Origin: Negativicutes bacterium
GTDB taxonomy: Bacteria; Bacillota; Negativicutes; JBAXTZ01
NCBI GenBank assembly: GCA_041666525.1
Contig: JBAYGT010000001.1
Span: 196,157-260,156, forward strand
Reading direction: 5' to 3'
DNA: 64,000 bases
Shown here: piece by piece, positions 9,645-18,711 of the stretch
Position numbering within the stretch: the stretch's first letter is position 1
How the letters are laid out: each line of letters starts with the position of its first letter
Position numbers and translations under genes: made by a program
The notes under the pieces: generated by a model
Seen by the model: only the letters and a program-made list of their open reading frames with translations
Databases searched by the model: none
Told to the model about the DNA's origin: nothing

Positions 9645-10433
9645 TCATTTATTAGCCACTGCAAATAACACTATTGCAGCTGCTGCACCGACATTCAAAG
9701 ATTCGACATTGTTTTTTAAAGGAACGACCACCCTTTTTGCACACATCGCCAGCAATTCATCATCAATTCCAGCCCCCTCATTTCCAAGAACGATCATTAT
9801 CTTTTCCGTCTTCTCGAGGTCCCACACCGAAACAGCATCTTTGCAAAGCGCCGTACCAATGATCGCGAATCCCGCTCGCTTATGCTTAGAAATCAATTCG
9901 GACGATTTCTCCACTCCTATTACAGGTATTTTGAAAACCGCTCCCGCCGACGCCCTGATTACCTTGGCCGAAAACCGGTCAGCGCAACCGCTATCGTAAT
10001 ATACTGCATCGGCTCCTGCCGCAACTGCAGTGCGAATTATAGTACCGACATTCCCCGGATCCTGAATATTGTTTAACAGTACTACAAATTTTTTTTCAAC
10101 TATGCCCGCCGAGCTGTGCTCAGGATATTTTATAACAGCCAATAACGGCTGTGCTGTTACTGTTTCCGCAATTTTGTTTATTATTGAACGTGTAGTATAA
10201 ATTACTTTAGAGCGCTCAGCGATATTTTTTAGTATCAGCGATTCTTCGGTTTTCAAGTGTTCGTTGACATCAACCAGTAGCTTTTCGACAATAAACTTTG
10301 CCTCAAGCGCCTCATGGATATTTTTCCAACCTTCAACTAAAAACAATTGCTGTCGTTCGCGCTGCTTTTTTAATCGTAAAGCAACGAAATTCTTGATAGC
10401 CTCGTTACTAAAACTGGTAATTGTCTCGATCAT
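9645..10433 (-). CDS. TrmH/SpoU-family RNA 2'-O-methyltransferase (RlmB-like)
   Basis: 262 aa; SPOUT motifs NxGxxxR..., LGNEGAGI, SLNV. Confidence 0.8.
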   Translation of the reverse strand: MIETITSFSNEAIKNFVALRLKKQRERQQLFLVEGWKNIHEALEAKFIVEKLLVDVNEHLKTEESLILKNIAERSKVIYTTRSIINKIAETVTAQPLLAVIKYPEHSSAGIVEKKFVVLLNNIQDPGNVGTIIRTAVAAGADAVYYDSGCADRFSAKVIRASAGAVFKIPVIGVEKSSELISKHKRAGFAIIGTALCKDAVSVWDLEKTEKIMIVLGNEGAGIDDELLAMCAKRVVVPLKNNVESLNVGAAAAIVLFAVANK

Positions 10434-10494
10434 ATCGCCTCAATGAAAAAGCACTTAAGAAATTCTCGCGGCTACTTTCATTATTCGTTTGAAT

Positions 10495-11352
10495 TTAGAT
10501 TTTTTTTATTTTTGAAACGCTATTGAAAGCCAGCATATATTTTTTCACCGACTCTTTAACGCCTTTTTTGACAGCAGTCATTAAATGAATCAGATTTGCA
10601 TGCGGATGTTGTGCCAATTCTTTTTTTATCACATCAATTTCAACGTACGAAGTATCTGTAGGAACATTGATTTTTGCGATACCAGCTTTTATTGCCAACA
10701 CATATTCTTCTGGTTTCAGCTTGGGCGCACCATGCAAAACCAGCGGAATTTTTGCCACCTCTCTTAATTTAAATAGTTTTTCATAATCAACTTGCAACTC
10801 ATATTGGCTACCGGCCGGACCGTGCTTTCCAAAAGTTACTGCCAAACTATCAACTTTTGTTTTATCCAGATACTCGCGGACCTTTGAATTGTGAATTAAA
10901 TATTGAGAAAATGTCGGTTCTTCGTTGCAGTAGCAATCCGTGTAGTCTAATTCAGCCTCAACTGTTACTCCCAACGCATGCGCCATTCGCCGGATTTCTC
11001 TGGTTTTTCGCATATTGTCATCAAACGGCAGATTAGAACCATCATACATTATCGAAGTAAATCCCCAACGCAACGCCTTCATAACGCCTTCATAACTGAA
11101 CCCGTGATCCAGGTGCAACGCTACCGGAACATGCGCTTTATGCGCTGACTTCACCATCGCTGCGCTTAAAATCTCAACATCAACAAATTTGAATAATCGC
11201 TCTGGCACACCAATAATGACCGGACTCTTCAATTCCTCGGCAACTTCCACAACCGCGCTCAATGTTTCGATGTTAAAGACATTAAAGGCCCCTACCGCGT
11301 AACCATGCTTCTGGGCATCGATCAAAATCTCATTAGCTGAAACTAAAGCCAT
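10495..11352 (-). CDS. fba: class II fructose-bisphosphate aldolase
   Basis: 285 aa; MALVSANEIL...GAFN...HLDHG...LHGAP... typical class II FBA/tagatose-bisphosphate aldolase fold. Confidence 0.85.
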   Translation of the reverse strand: MALVSANEILIDAQKHGYAVGAFNVFNIETLSAVVEVAEELKSPVIIGVPERLFKFVDVEILSAAMVKSAHKAHVPVALHLDHGFSYEGVMKALRWGFTSIMYDGSNLPFDDNMRKTREIRRMAHALGVTVEAELDYTDCYCNEEPTFSQYLIHNSKVREYLDKTKVDSLAVTFGKHGPAGSQYELQVDYEKLFKLREVAKIPLVLHGAPKLKPEEYVLAIKAGIAKINVPTDTSYVEIDVIKKELAQHPHANLIHLMTAVKKGVKESVKKYMLAFNSVSKIKKI

Positions 11353-11416
11353 AACACATCACCTCCAGAATTATTTGCTATTATAATTCGCCACTTTCAC
11401 ATAAACTCCTGCCAAA

Positions 11417-11457
11417 TAAAAAAAAATTCCGAGCGCTATTACGCTCGGATAATTTTT
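11417..11457 (-). terminator. rho-independent terminator after rplT (bidirectional shape)
   Basis: A-run, 8-bp stem tccgagcg/cgctcgga, then T-run. Confidence 0.7.
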
Positions 11458-11812
11458 AATTTAAAGCTTGTTTTGCCGTCTCGACAAGTTTGGCAAACGC
11501 GGCCGAATCATTGATGGCTATATCAGAAAGCATTTTGCGATTCATGATTATACCGGCAATTTTTAAGCCATTGATAAACTTACTATACGACATTCCGTTC
11601 ATACGGGTAGCCGCATTAATACGAGTAATCCATAATGCACGGAATTCACCTTTTTTCGCACGACGATCACGACGAGCATAATACAGCGCTTTCATTACCG
11701 TCTCATTGGCTTTACGGAACAATTTGCTTTTCGTTCCACGGTAACCTTTGGCAAGTTTCAGAATTTTTTTATGTTTAGCGTGTGCAGTAACACCTTTTTT
11801 TACTCTTGGCAT
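11456..11812 (-). CDS. rplT: 50S ribosomal protein L20
   Basis: [26 protein letters not shown]... Confidence 0.95.
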   Translation of the reverse strand: MPRVKKGVTAHAKHKKILKLAKGYRGTKSKLFRKANETVMKALYYARRDRRAKKGEFRALWITRINAATRMNGMSYSKFINGLKIAGIIMNRKMLSDIAINDSAAFAKLVETAKQALN

Positions 11813-11831
11813 GACTTATTCTCCTTAAGAT

Positions 11832-12032
11832 TTAGTTTGCGTATGGCAACATTCTTTGTACACGCTTGTGGTCAGAAGCAGAAACCATAGCGGCTTTACG
11901 AAGGCTACGCTTACGTCCCGGTGCTTTCTTTTCAAGAATGTGTCGCTTAAATGCTTGTGAACGCTTGAATTTTCCCGTTCCCGTTACTTGGAATCGTTTG
12001 GCTGCTGCCCGACGCGTTTTCATTTTAGGCAT
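11832..12032 (-). CDS. rpmI: 50S ribosomal protein L35
   Basis: [14 protein letters not shown]...; 66 aa. Confidence 0.95.
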   Translation of the reverse strand: MPKMKTRRAAAKRFQVTGTGKFKRSQAFKRHILEKKAPGRKRSLRKAAMVSASDHKRVQRMLPYAN

Positions 12033-12076
12033 GACATGTCCTCCTTATATATTTCAATTCAAATTGCTATTAACTA

Positions 12077-12595
12077 TTATTTTGATATTGGCGAAAGTAT
12101 CATGATCATATTTTTGCCTTCCAGCTTCGGTTCGCGTTCCAGCTTGGCAATATCTTTCATCGCCAACGCAACATTAGTTAGAATTTTTCTGCCCAGCTCC
12201 GGATGACTCAATTCGCGCCCCCTGAACATAATCGTACATTTAACTTTATCGCCGGCTTCGATAAACTCACGAACATGTTTGGATTTTGTTTCCATATCGT
12301 GTTCTTCAATTCGAGGACGAAATTTGATTTCCTTCAAAATTGTAACTTTTTGATTTTTTTTGGCATCCTTGATGCGGCGATGTTGTTCGTAACGGTATTT
12401 GCCATAATCCATAACTTTACAGACCGGCGGACTGGCGTTGGGGGAAATTTCAACAAGATCCATTAGATTATCGTTAGCGACACGCTGAGCGTCAGTAAGA
12501 TTAACTACGCCCATAGCATCGCCATTGGGCCCGATTAACCGAACTTCCCTGGATCTGATTTTCTCGTTGATTCTCAAATCATCTTTTGAGCTAAT
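12077..12595 (-). CDS. infC: translation initiation factor IF-3, non-canonical AUU start
   Basis: IF-3 domains (EVRLIGPNGD...KVMDYGKY...). The track Met at 12631 is spurious. RBS GAGGTG is followed by ATT (compl. 12595..12593) giving ISSKDDLRINEKIRSREVRL, the conserved IF3 N-terminus with the classical autoregulatory AUU start. Confidence 0.8.
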   Translation of the reverse strand: MSSKDDLRINEKIRSREVRLIGPNGDAMGVVNLTDAQRVANDNLMDLVEISPNASPPVCKVMDYGKYRYEQHRRIKDAKKNQKVTILKEIKFRPRIEEHDMETKSKHVREFIEAGDKVKCTIMFRGRELSHPELGRKILTNVALAMKDIAKLEREPKLEGKNMIMILSPISK

Positions 12596-12732
12596 GGTTT
12601 TCACCTCTTTCAAAAAAAATATAGCGGACACAAAACGTCCGCTACAATAACCTGTTCATATTAACCGTACACGTTTGCGTAATACGGTGAGAAGCGGACG
12701 CTCCTACTTTATTGTGAAAATAAAATCATAAT
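12596..12732 (-). promoter_or_regulatory. infC leader with terminator/antiterminator alternative (candidate L20-responsive attenuator)
   Basis: Minus-strand RNA: terminator AGCGGAC-GUUUUGU-GUCCGCU plus U8 (plus 12612..12643), immediately before the infC RBS. An upstream GCGUCCGCU can pair with the terminator 5' arm. Confidence 0.45.
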
Positions 12733-12820
12733 GGTGCCGAGGACCGGAATCGAACCGGTACGGAGATTACTCTCCGAGGGATTTTAAGTCCCTTGCGTCT
12801 GCCAGTTCCGCCACCCCGGC
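12733..12820 (-). tRNA. tRNA-Leu (anticodon UAA), CCA encoded
   Basis: Reverse complement gccggggtggcggaactggcagacgcaagggacttaaaatccc...ggttcgattccggtcctcggcacca; long variable arm. Confidence 0.85.
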
Positions 12821-12827
12821 ATTTTTG

Positions 12828-12901
12828 TGGAGGCGGCACCCAGATTTGAACTGGGGGTAAAGGATTTGCAGTCCTCTGCCTTACCACTTGGCTATGCCGC
12901 C
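12828..12901 (-). tRNA. tRNA-Cys (anticodon GCA), CCA encoded
   Basis: Reverse complement ggcggcatagccaagtggtaaggcagaggactgcaaatcc...ggttcaaatctgggtgccgcctcca. Confidence 0.85.
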
Positions 12902-12914
12902 ATACAGAAAATTT

Positions 12915-12989
12915 TGGAGCGGAAGACGAGATTCGAACTCGCGACCCTCGCCTTGGCAAGGCGATGCTCTACCACTGAGCTACTTCCGC
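12915..12989 (-). tRNA. tRNA-Gly (anticodon GCC), CCA encoded
   Basis: Reverse complement gcggaagtagctcagtggtagagcatcgccttgccaaggcgagggtcgcgagttcgaatctcgtcttccgctcca. Confidence 0.9.
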
Positions 12990-12998
12990 ATTTACAAA

Positions 12999-13074
<76 letters not shown>

Positions 13075-13081
13075 AAAAAAA

Positions 13082-13158
13082 TGGCGACCTCGAAGGGATT
13101 TGAACCCTCGATCTCCGCCGTGACAGGGCGGCATGTTAGACCACTACACCACGAGGCC
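13082..13158 (-). tRNA. tRNA-Asp (anticodon GUC), CCA encoded
   Basis: Reverse complement ggcctcgtggtgtagtggtctaacatgccgccctgtcacggcggagatcgagggttcaaatcccttcgaggtcgcca. Confidence 0.85.
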
Positions 13159-13190
13159 GTTTTGCTGCGTCTCTTATAGAGACAAGGCGT

Positions 13191-13220
13191 ATTATAAAAC
13201 AATTTGGCTGATATTGTCAA
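13191..13220 (-). promoter_or_regulatory. consensus sigma-70 promoter for the tRNA operon
   Basis: Minus strand TTGACA (compl. 13220..13215), 17-nt spacer, TTATAAT (compl. 13197..13191), about 30 nt upstream of tRNA-Asp. Confidence 0.65.
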
Positions 13221-13256
13221 CTTTTTTTTGCAAAAACCGTTGTTTTATATCGATAA

Positions 13257-13850
13257 CTAGCGCAAAGTTATATAGATAACTTGATCGCGATTAAAGGAAA
13301 ATTTAGCCAGATCAAAATTCGCTTTGCTCGCACCACCGGAAAAACCATAGCGCTTTTTATACAAACCAAACAATGTTTTCTCCATATTTCGTGAATCGTC
13401 ATAATCATGAAATACTGAAAGCGCGTAATCGCCAAATGGTAATTTTTCATAAACAACCTTTGACGAATTGCTACTGTCAATTTTTCCAATCCGTTCAATC
13501 GCTCCGTTCTTTTCGAAACCAAAAGCTTTAGCGTCCTGTGCCGAGAATAATCGCGCCACCACATGACCGGATTGATTTTCGCAATTATATACAATTACTG
13601 TCAAAGCGGCTGTTTGTTGTTGATCGGCAGCAAACGCAGTGTTTGTAAAAACCAATGGCAAACAAACAAGCACTACTCCCGCCAAACCAACACAATAGCC
13701 AATTATTTTGCTAATACGATACTTAACCATTGCCCCAGCCCGGCAGGACAACAACCGCTTCCGGTTGCGAAGCAACCAGTTACAGCAAAAACCATCGGCA
13801 AAGGCAATGAGGTACGTAATTAGTAACACAGTTATCAGCTTTTTCTTTTT
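13257..13850 (-). CDS. secreted DUF2141-family protein
   Basis: Signal peptide starting MKKKKLITVLL; C-terminal region YALSVFHDYDDSRN...YGFSGGASKANFD matches the DUF2141 pattern (HDEN..G..D....G.P.EGYGFSNN). Exact start uncertain. Confidence 0.55.
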   Translation of the reverse strand, partial: KKKKLITVLLITYLIAFADGFCCNWLLRNRKRLLSCRAGAMVKYRISKIIGYCVGLAGVVLVCLPLVFTNTAFAADQQQTAALTVIVYNCENQSGHVVARLFSAQDAKAFGFEKNGAIERIGKIDSSNSSKVVYEKLPFGDYALSVFHDYDDSRNMEKTLFGLYKKRYGFSGGASKANFDLAKFSFNRDQVIYITLR

Positions 13851-13883
13851 CATAAACACCCATCCGTGTCCTTTGAGAACCAA

Positions 13884-14462
13884 CTATTTAACAAGGTAAG
13901 CCTTGATAATTTTTTGGTCAACAACAGGTTTATCACCCCAGGCAGTAGTACAATTATCAATTTTTTGAACTACATCATAACCGCTGATTACTTCGCCAAA
14001 AATTGTGTGTTTCATATTCAGCCAGGTACAAGGCACCGTTGTAATAAAAAATTGGCTGCCGTTAGTATTTGGTCCGGCATTTGCCATCGCAATTAAACCC
14101 GGCTTATTGAACGTCACCGAAGATGAGCACTCGTCTTCAAATTTACCACCCCAAAGCGATTGGCCGCCACGGCCTGTAGCCGTTGGGTCACCGCCCTGAA
14201 TCATAAAATCTTTTATCACTCGATGGAAAATTGTACCGTCATAATAACCCTTTTCTACCAATCCGACAAAATTTTCTACCGTCTTTGGAGCGACAGTCGG
14301 AAAAAGTTTCAAAACTATCGTCCCTTGACTAGTTTCCAATGCAATTTTTATTTCTTTTGCCGGAGTTTGTTGATCTGTCGCCGAAACCTGTTGATTCATA
14401 AAAAAATATCCCCCTCCTATGATTGCAACAACTGCTGCTAAAATTAAAACGATTTTCTTCAT
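13884..14462 (-). CDS. ppiB: secreted cyclophilin-type peptidyl-prolyl cis-trans isomerase
   Basis: Signal peptide; [15 protein letters not shown]...GSQFFITT... cyclophilin motifs. Confidence 0.85.
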   Translation of the reverse strand: MKKIVLILAAVVAIIGGGYFFMNQQVSATDQQTPAKEIKIALETSQGTIVLKLFPTVAPKTVENFVGLVEKGYYDGTIFHRVIKDFMIQGGDPTATGRGGQSLWGGKFEDECSSSVTFNKPGLIAMANAGPNTNGSQFFITTVPCTWLNMKHTIFGEVISGYDVVQKIDNCTTAWGDKPVVDQKIIKAYLVK

Positions 14463-14637
14463 TATTCCTCCGTATTAAACCAAACACTATGAGGCAACGC
14501 CACAAATTATTATACTTGTAGCAACAGCTATTTGCAATAACTAAAACAACTATTCGACATACCTTTGCCACGTTGACAGACGACGTATAATTAGTTAGAG
14601 TCTGCTCCGTATGTTAAAAGATCAACAGGAGACATAA

Positions 14638-16389
14638 ATGGAAAATGTTAAATTCGTTGCTAATAAAGCAATAATAAAAGTTAAGTACCGTACTTTCGAA
14701 ACAGCTGACGAACTGTTATCCAGCAAATTATTTCACAGACTGCTGGCATCATGCATCAACGAGCTTGCCCATTGCCAATCGCCGCTACTGGAAATTTTCG
14801 CCGGCGAACACAAGTCGATCGAACGTCAGCGGCACTTCGTCCGTTTTTGCAAAAATCTTTATAAATTAAATTACCATGACGCAGCAAAAATTCAGGAGAA
14901 TTGTGAAACGTATATTGCCAATCAACGGACTCTGAATGATTTTGTCATGTATGTTTATGATTATTGGCGCAGCTATAATCGCTATATTATCTGCGATTCA
15001 GAAAATGACACCTTGGATCAACGCCCATACCGAACTTTCATGTCTACCGTAGAACAACTAAACCACCTTATTCGCGGCACTTACCGTGCATTATTGGAAA
15101 ATATCAATTGTCGGCCTCCGCGTGTTTATCGGCAAATCGTTGCCGGTGCCGAAGTATCGGTTATTGCAATACCTAATATTGTGCGCTTGCCGGGTAAGTA
15201 CGCTAAATTGAAGAGCGTGTTAGTGATCCGGCAAATTTTATTATCTCCACCCTTGATCGTTAATCAACCTAACAACAAACGAAAAGGTAAATTTGAAAAA
15301 GTACTTGTCAACCCGATACAATTGAACGAAATCAATCCAGGTGAATGGTTATGCTTTCCCGCGAAAGTTGGCAAACAAATAATTTTGATTTATTTTCATG
15401 AAAACTTTTTTGAATTGGGTATGTCGCTGTGCAATCTATTTGAGCTGGCTAGCGACGAAGATCTTACCACTCAGCCATCCGCTTTTTTCATGTACGGCGT
15501 TCCCGGTGAATCACTGTACCAATTCAGCGATCATCCAACCGTTTTTTTCGACGACGCTGAAAACAAAATATTGGTCGGCGCTTGTCCAAACAAAGACGAA
15601 TTTGGCTATTTTGGTTATCTGAAAAAAATGGTGTTGACGTTGCACAACATCCATGCAATGAAGCAAGGTTCACTACCATTTCATGGCGCACTGATAAAAA
15701 TTTCTTTCGACGGCAACAAAAAAACAGTTTTGATAATGGGCGACACCGGCACCGGAAAATCCGAAACTATCGAAGCCATTCGCGAAATCGGCGGTCAATC
15801 AATCAACTCGATGCAAATTATCGCTGACGATATGGGTTCTTTGGAAATTTCCGGAAATGCTGTTGTTGGCTTTGGCACGGAAATCGGCGCGTTTTTACGT
15901 ATCGATGATTTGCGTCCCGGTTATATATACGGAAAAATGGACCGTGCAATCATCATGAATCCTACGCAAACCAATGCGCGGGTTATTTACCCGGTAGCGA
16001 CTATTGAAGATATTATCGCTGCACACAGCATTGACTTTGTGCTCTACGCCAATAACTACGAACTGACTAATACAAGCACACCGGCAATTGAACGCTTTGA
16101 AGATGTTGGAACCGCATTAGCGGCATTTCGTTCCGGACAAGCAATGAGCAAAGGCACCACAAACCTTAGCGGAATGACTCATGCCTATTTTGCTAACGTC
16201 TTTGGTCCGGATCAATATCGTGAATTACATGATCCGTTATCTGATAAATACTTTACGTTTTTTTTCGACTGTGGTATTTATGTCGGGCAATTACGTACAC
16301 AACTCGGAATACCCGGTTTGGAATTTGACGGTCCAAAAAAATCAGCAAAAGCGCTGTTGGATTTAATTGCAACCCATAACCAAGATTAA
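14638..16389 (+). CDS. uncharacterised 583-aa protein with C-terminal HprK/PEPCK-like P-loop kinase-like domain
   Basis: RBS AGGAGA; residues ~355-440 FHGALIKISFDGNKKTVLIMGDTGTGKSETIEAIREIGG...IIADDMG mirror the HprK core (HG..v...G.GVLI.GDSG.GKSE.ALEL..RGH.LVADD). N-terminal ~340 aa is unassigned. Monocistronic: divergent from ppiB, followed by a strong terminator. Confidence 0.6.
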   Translation: MENVKFVANKAIIKVKYRTFETADELLSSKLFHRLLASCINELAHCQSPLLEIFAGEHKSIERQRHFVRFCKNLYKLNYHDAAKIQENCETYIANQRTLNDFVMYVYDYWRSYNRYIICDSENDTLDQRPYRTFMSTVEQLNHLIRGTYRALLENINCRPPRVYRQIVAGAEVSVIAIPNIVRLPGKYAKLKSVLVIRQILLSPPLIVNQPNNKRKGKFEKVLVNPIQLNEINPGEWLCFPAKVGKQIILIYFHENFFELGMSLCNLFELASDEDLTTQPSAFFMYGVPGESLYQFSDHPTVFFDDAENKILVGACPNKDEFGYFGYLKKMVLTLHNIHAMKQGSLPFHGALIKISFDGNKKTVLIMGDTGTGKSETIEAIREIGGQSINSMQIIADDMGSLEISGNAVVGFGTEIGAFLRIDDLRPGYIYGKMDRAIIMNPTQTNARVIYPVATIEDIIAAHSIDFVLYANNYELTNTSTPAIERFEDVGTALAAFRSGQAMSKGTTNLSGMTHAYFANVFGPDQYRELHDPLSDKYFTFFFDCGIYVGQLRTQLGIPGLEFDGPKKSAKALLDLIATHNQD

Positions 16390-16391
16390 AA

Positions 16392-16426
16392 CGAGCGGCC
16401 GACAAAATGTCGGCCGCTCGTTTTTA
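16392..16426. terminator. bidirectional rho-independent terminator
   Basis: cgagcggccgacaaaatgtcggccgctcg 11-bp stem plus T5. Confidence 0.8.
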
Positions 16427-17233
16427 TTAATTATCCGTTAAAAATACCACTTGAGTTTTTTTTAGCATATCGTTCTTTTGATTAGCCGCAAGAATAATAT
16501 CACCATCGCGGACACTAACCACGGCATTCCGGTTGAAATCACGTAATCTTACCGGCTTTATCATCAGCTGTTTAGCTCCGGCACGAAAACTCAATGAGCG
16601 CATTTCGTCAGCAGTATCATAATCACACATCCCGTTAGCAATCAGCAGATCTGTACTGATATAGCGGCTGGAATAAATGACTCTGCCATTTTCATCGTAA
16701 ATTACCGGAGTCATTGTGCGCTCAAGCTTCAATCCCCGGCAATCAACTACCAATCCGGTAACGGTACCTGTGCTAACATTAGATTGCGGCAACGGTATCG
16801 CTTGAGGCTGTTGACCGCCCCCGATACCGCTTGCCGGTATAACCGCGCTCGCAAGACTATCTGCACCATACAACCGCACCTGTAGCACAACGTGATAAAC
16901 ACCCTCGGCTGTCATATTTCCCTTAACAACTTTGAACCCCTTAAGAAAACCGACTACATTAGTTTTAATAACATCACTCGTCACCATTGCATCACGCACA
17001 GTAGTGGTTGCATCCAGACTAACACCCATTATTTGTTCCATCAAATTTCGTTGTCCGTCAACAACTGCAGCGCGGCGTGCTAAAATATTAGCTTGTGCTG
17101 GATTTACAGTGTTTTGCGGCGGCACTCCATAACCATCCGCCGAAACAACATCATCATCCCAACTGACATCCGCAAAACAGGTGGCCGAAAAAGCAACCAA
17201 AACCAAAATTAGCACAACAGCTAACTTTTTCAT
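16427..17233 (-). CDS. LPP20-like lipoprotein with C-terminal extra domain
   Basis: Signal peptide MKKLAVVLILVLVAFSATC (lipobox-like); N-domain resembles LPP20/FlgP-type lipoproteins. Confidence 0.5.
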   Translation of the reverse strand: MKKLAVVLILVLVAFSATCFADVSWDDDVVSADGYGVPPQNTVNPAQANILARRAAVVDGQRNLMEQIMGVSLDATTTVRDAMVTSDVIKTNVVGFLKGFKVVKGNMTAEGVYHVVLQVRLYGADSLASAVIPASGIGGGQQPQAIPLPQSNVSTGTVTGLVVDCRGLKLERTMTPVIYDENGRVIYSSRYISTDLLIANGMCDYDTADEMRSLSFRAGAKQLMIKPVRLRDFNRNAVVSVRDGDIILAANQKNDMLKKTQVVFLTDN

Positions 17234-17325
17234 ATACCCTCCAAAAAATTTAAGCGTCAAACCATAATCTATTGGTGATAGAAGTTCTGCGTTTTATTCT
17301 ACATTGTTTTTCATAATTATTCAAT

Positions 17326-18711
17326 CTAGCCCAAATATCTGATCAATAGTTTCAACCATTTGTGTAGTTTGGGGTAAGGTGCGTAACGCAGCGGTATGTC
17401 TAACCAGGTTGATCGTGACATAACAGCTTTCTTTTGACTAAAACACTCAAAGCTGTACTTGCCGTGATATTTTCCCAAACCGCTGTTTCCCACCCCGCCA
17501 AACGGCAAATTTTTAGTCGCCATATGCACAATGCAATCGTTAATACAAACGCCCCCGCTTGAAGTTTGCCTGATTAACCGGTCTGTCAAATGCCGATCGT
17601 TACTAAATACATATAATGCCAATGGTTTTGGATTTCGATTGATAGCAGCGATACATTCGTCAATATTTTCATATTCCAAAATTGGCATTATCGGGCCGAA
17701 TATTTCGTCCTGCATCACTTTTGATTGCCAGTTCACATTATCGATTACCGTGGGAGAAAAATATCGGGTTTTTGCGTTTGTAATGCCACCGGCTAATATA
17801 CGCTCTGATTCTAAATACGAGCACAACCGAACAAAATGTTTATCATTGACAATTCGCCCAAGTGATTCAGACTGCTGAGGATCATCGCCATAAGTTTTCG
17901 AAATTCGCGCAATTACTTTTGCTAAAAACTCTGCTTTGATATCCTTATGTACGTAAACGTAATCCGGCGCCACACAGGTTTGACCGGCATTAAAATATTT
18001 TGCCCAAACCAAACGATTGACAGCAATCTCTAAATTAATATTCTTATCCACAATACACGGACTTTTGCCACCTAACTCAAGCACGACCGGCGTAAGGTGT
18101 TTCGCCGCTGCCGCCATAACACTTCTGCCAACTTCAGGGTTACCGGTATAAAAAATTAAATCGAACGGTTTATTAAGCAATGCAGTGTTAGCGTCACGTC
18201 CACCCATAATACAGGCAATATACTCGCTTGAAAAAGTGTGTTCCAACAAATCACGAATTACTTCAGCCACATTAGCCGAGATATTTGCCGGTTTAACTAT
18301 CGCACAATTACCTGCAGCAATAGCCCCGATCAGCGGTGCCATAATTAACTGGAACGGATAATTCCAGGGACCAATAATTAATGTCAGGCCAAGCGGTTCT
18401 GACACTACTTTGCTGCGCGCCGGAAATTGCAGTAACGGCGAAGCAACCCGTTCGTCTTTATACCACTTCGGCAATTTTGCCACAGTATGATCAATATCTG
18501 ATAAAACAAAACCAATTTCTGAAGCGTAGGCTTCGAATTCCGGTTTACCCAAATCAAGTTTCAATGCATTAAAAATAACTTGTTCATGCTCCTGAATAGC
18601 ACAACTTAAACGCTTAAGCATTGTTACGCGGAACTTTAGCGACCGCGTAGCACCGCTGGCAAAATATGCCTGCTGTGCCGAAAAAACATTGTCAATTTGT
18701 GAAATATTCAT
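17326..18711 (-). CDS. NAD(P)-dependent aldehyde dehydrogenase family protein
   Basis: 461 aa; ELGGKSP and catalytic Cys region GQTCVAPDY. Confidence 0.85.
   Translation of the reverse strand: MNISQIDNVFSAQQAYFASGATRSLKFRVTMLKRLSCAIQEHEQVIFNALKLDLGKPEFEAYASEIGFVLSDIDHTVAKLPKWYKDERVASPLLQFPARSKVVSEPLGLTLIIGPWNYPFQLIMAPLIGAIAAGNCAIVKPANISANVAEVIRDLLEHTFSSEYIACIMGGRDANTALLNKPFDLIFYTGNPEVGRSVMAAAAKHLTPVVLELGGKSPCIVDKNINLEIAVNRLVWAKYFNAGQTCVAPDYVYVHKDIKAEFLAKVIARISKTYGDDPQQSESLGRIVNDKHFVRLCSYLESERILAGGITNAKTRYFSPTVIDNVNWQSKVMQDEIFGPIMPILEYENIDECIAAINRNPKPLALYVFSNDRHLTDRLIRQTSSGGVCINDCIVHMATKNLPFGGVGNSGLGKYHGKYSFECFSQKKAVMSRSTWLDIPLRYAPYPKLHKWLKLLIRYLG

Noticed and set aside
12612-12643. Hairpin after tRNA-Leu read as a plain tRNA operon terminator
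   Set aside because: Not fully rejected. Because it sits 10 nt from the infC RBS and has an upstream competing complementary segment, I consider attenuator function more likely and report it as such.
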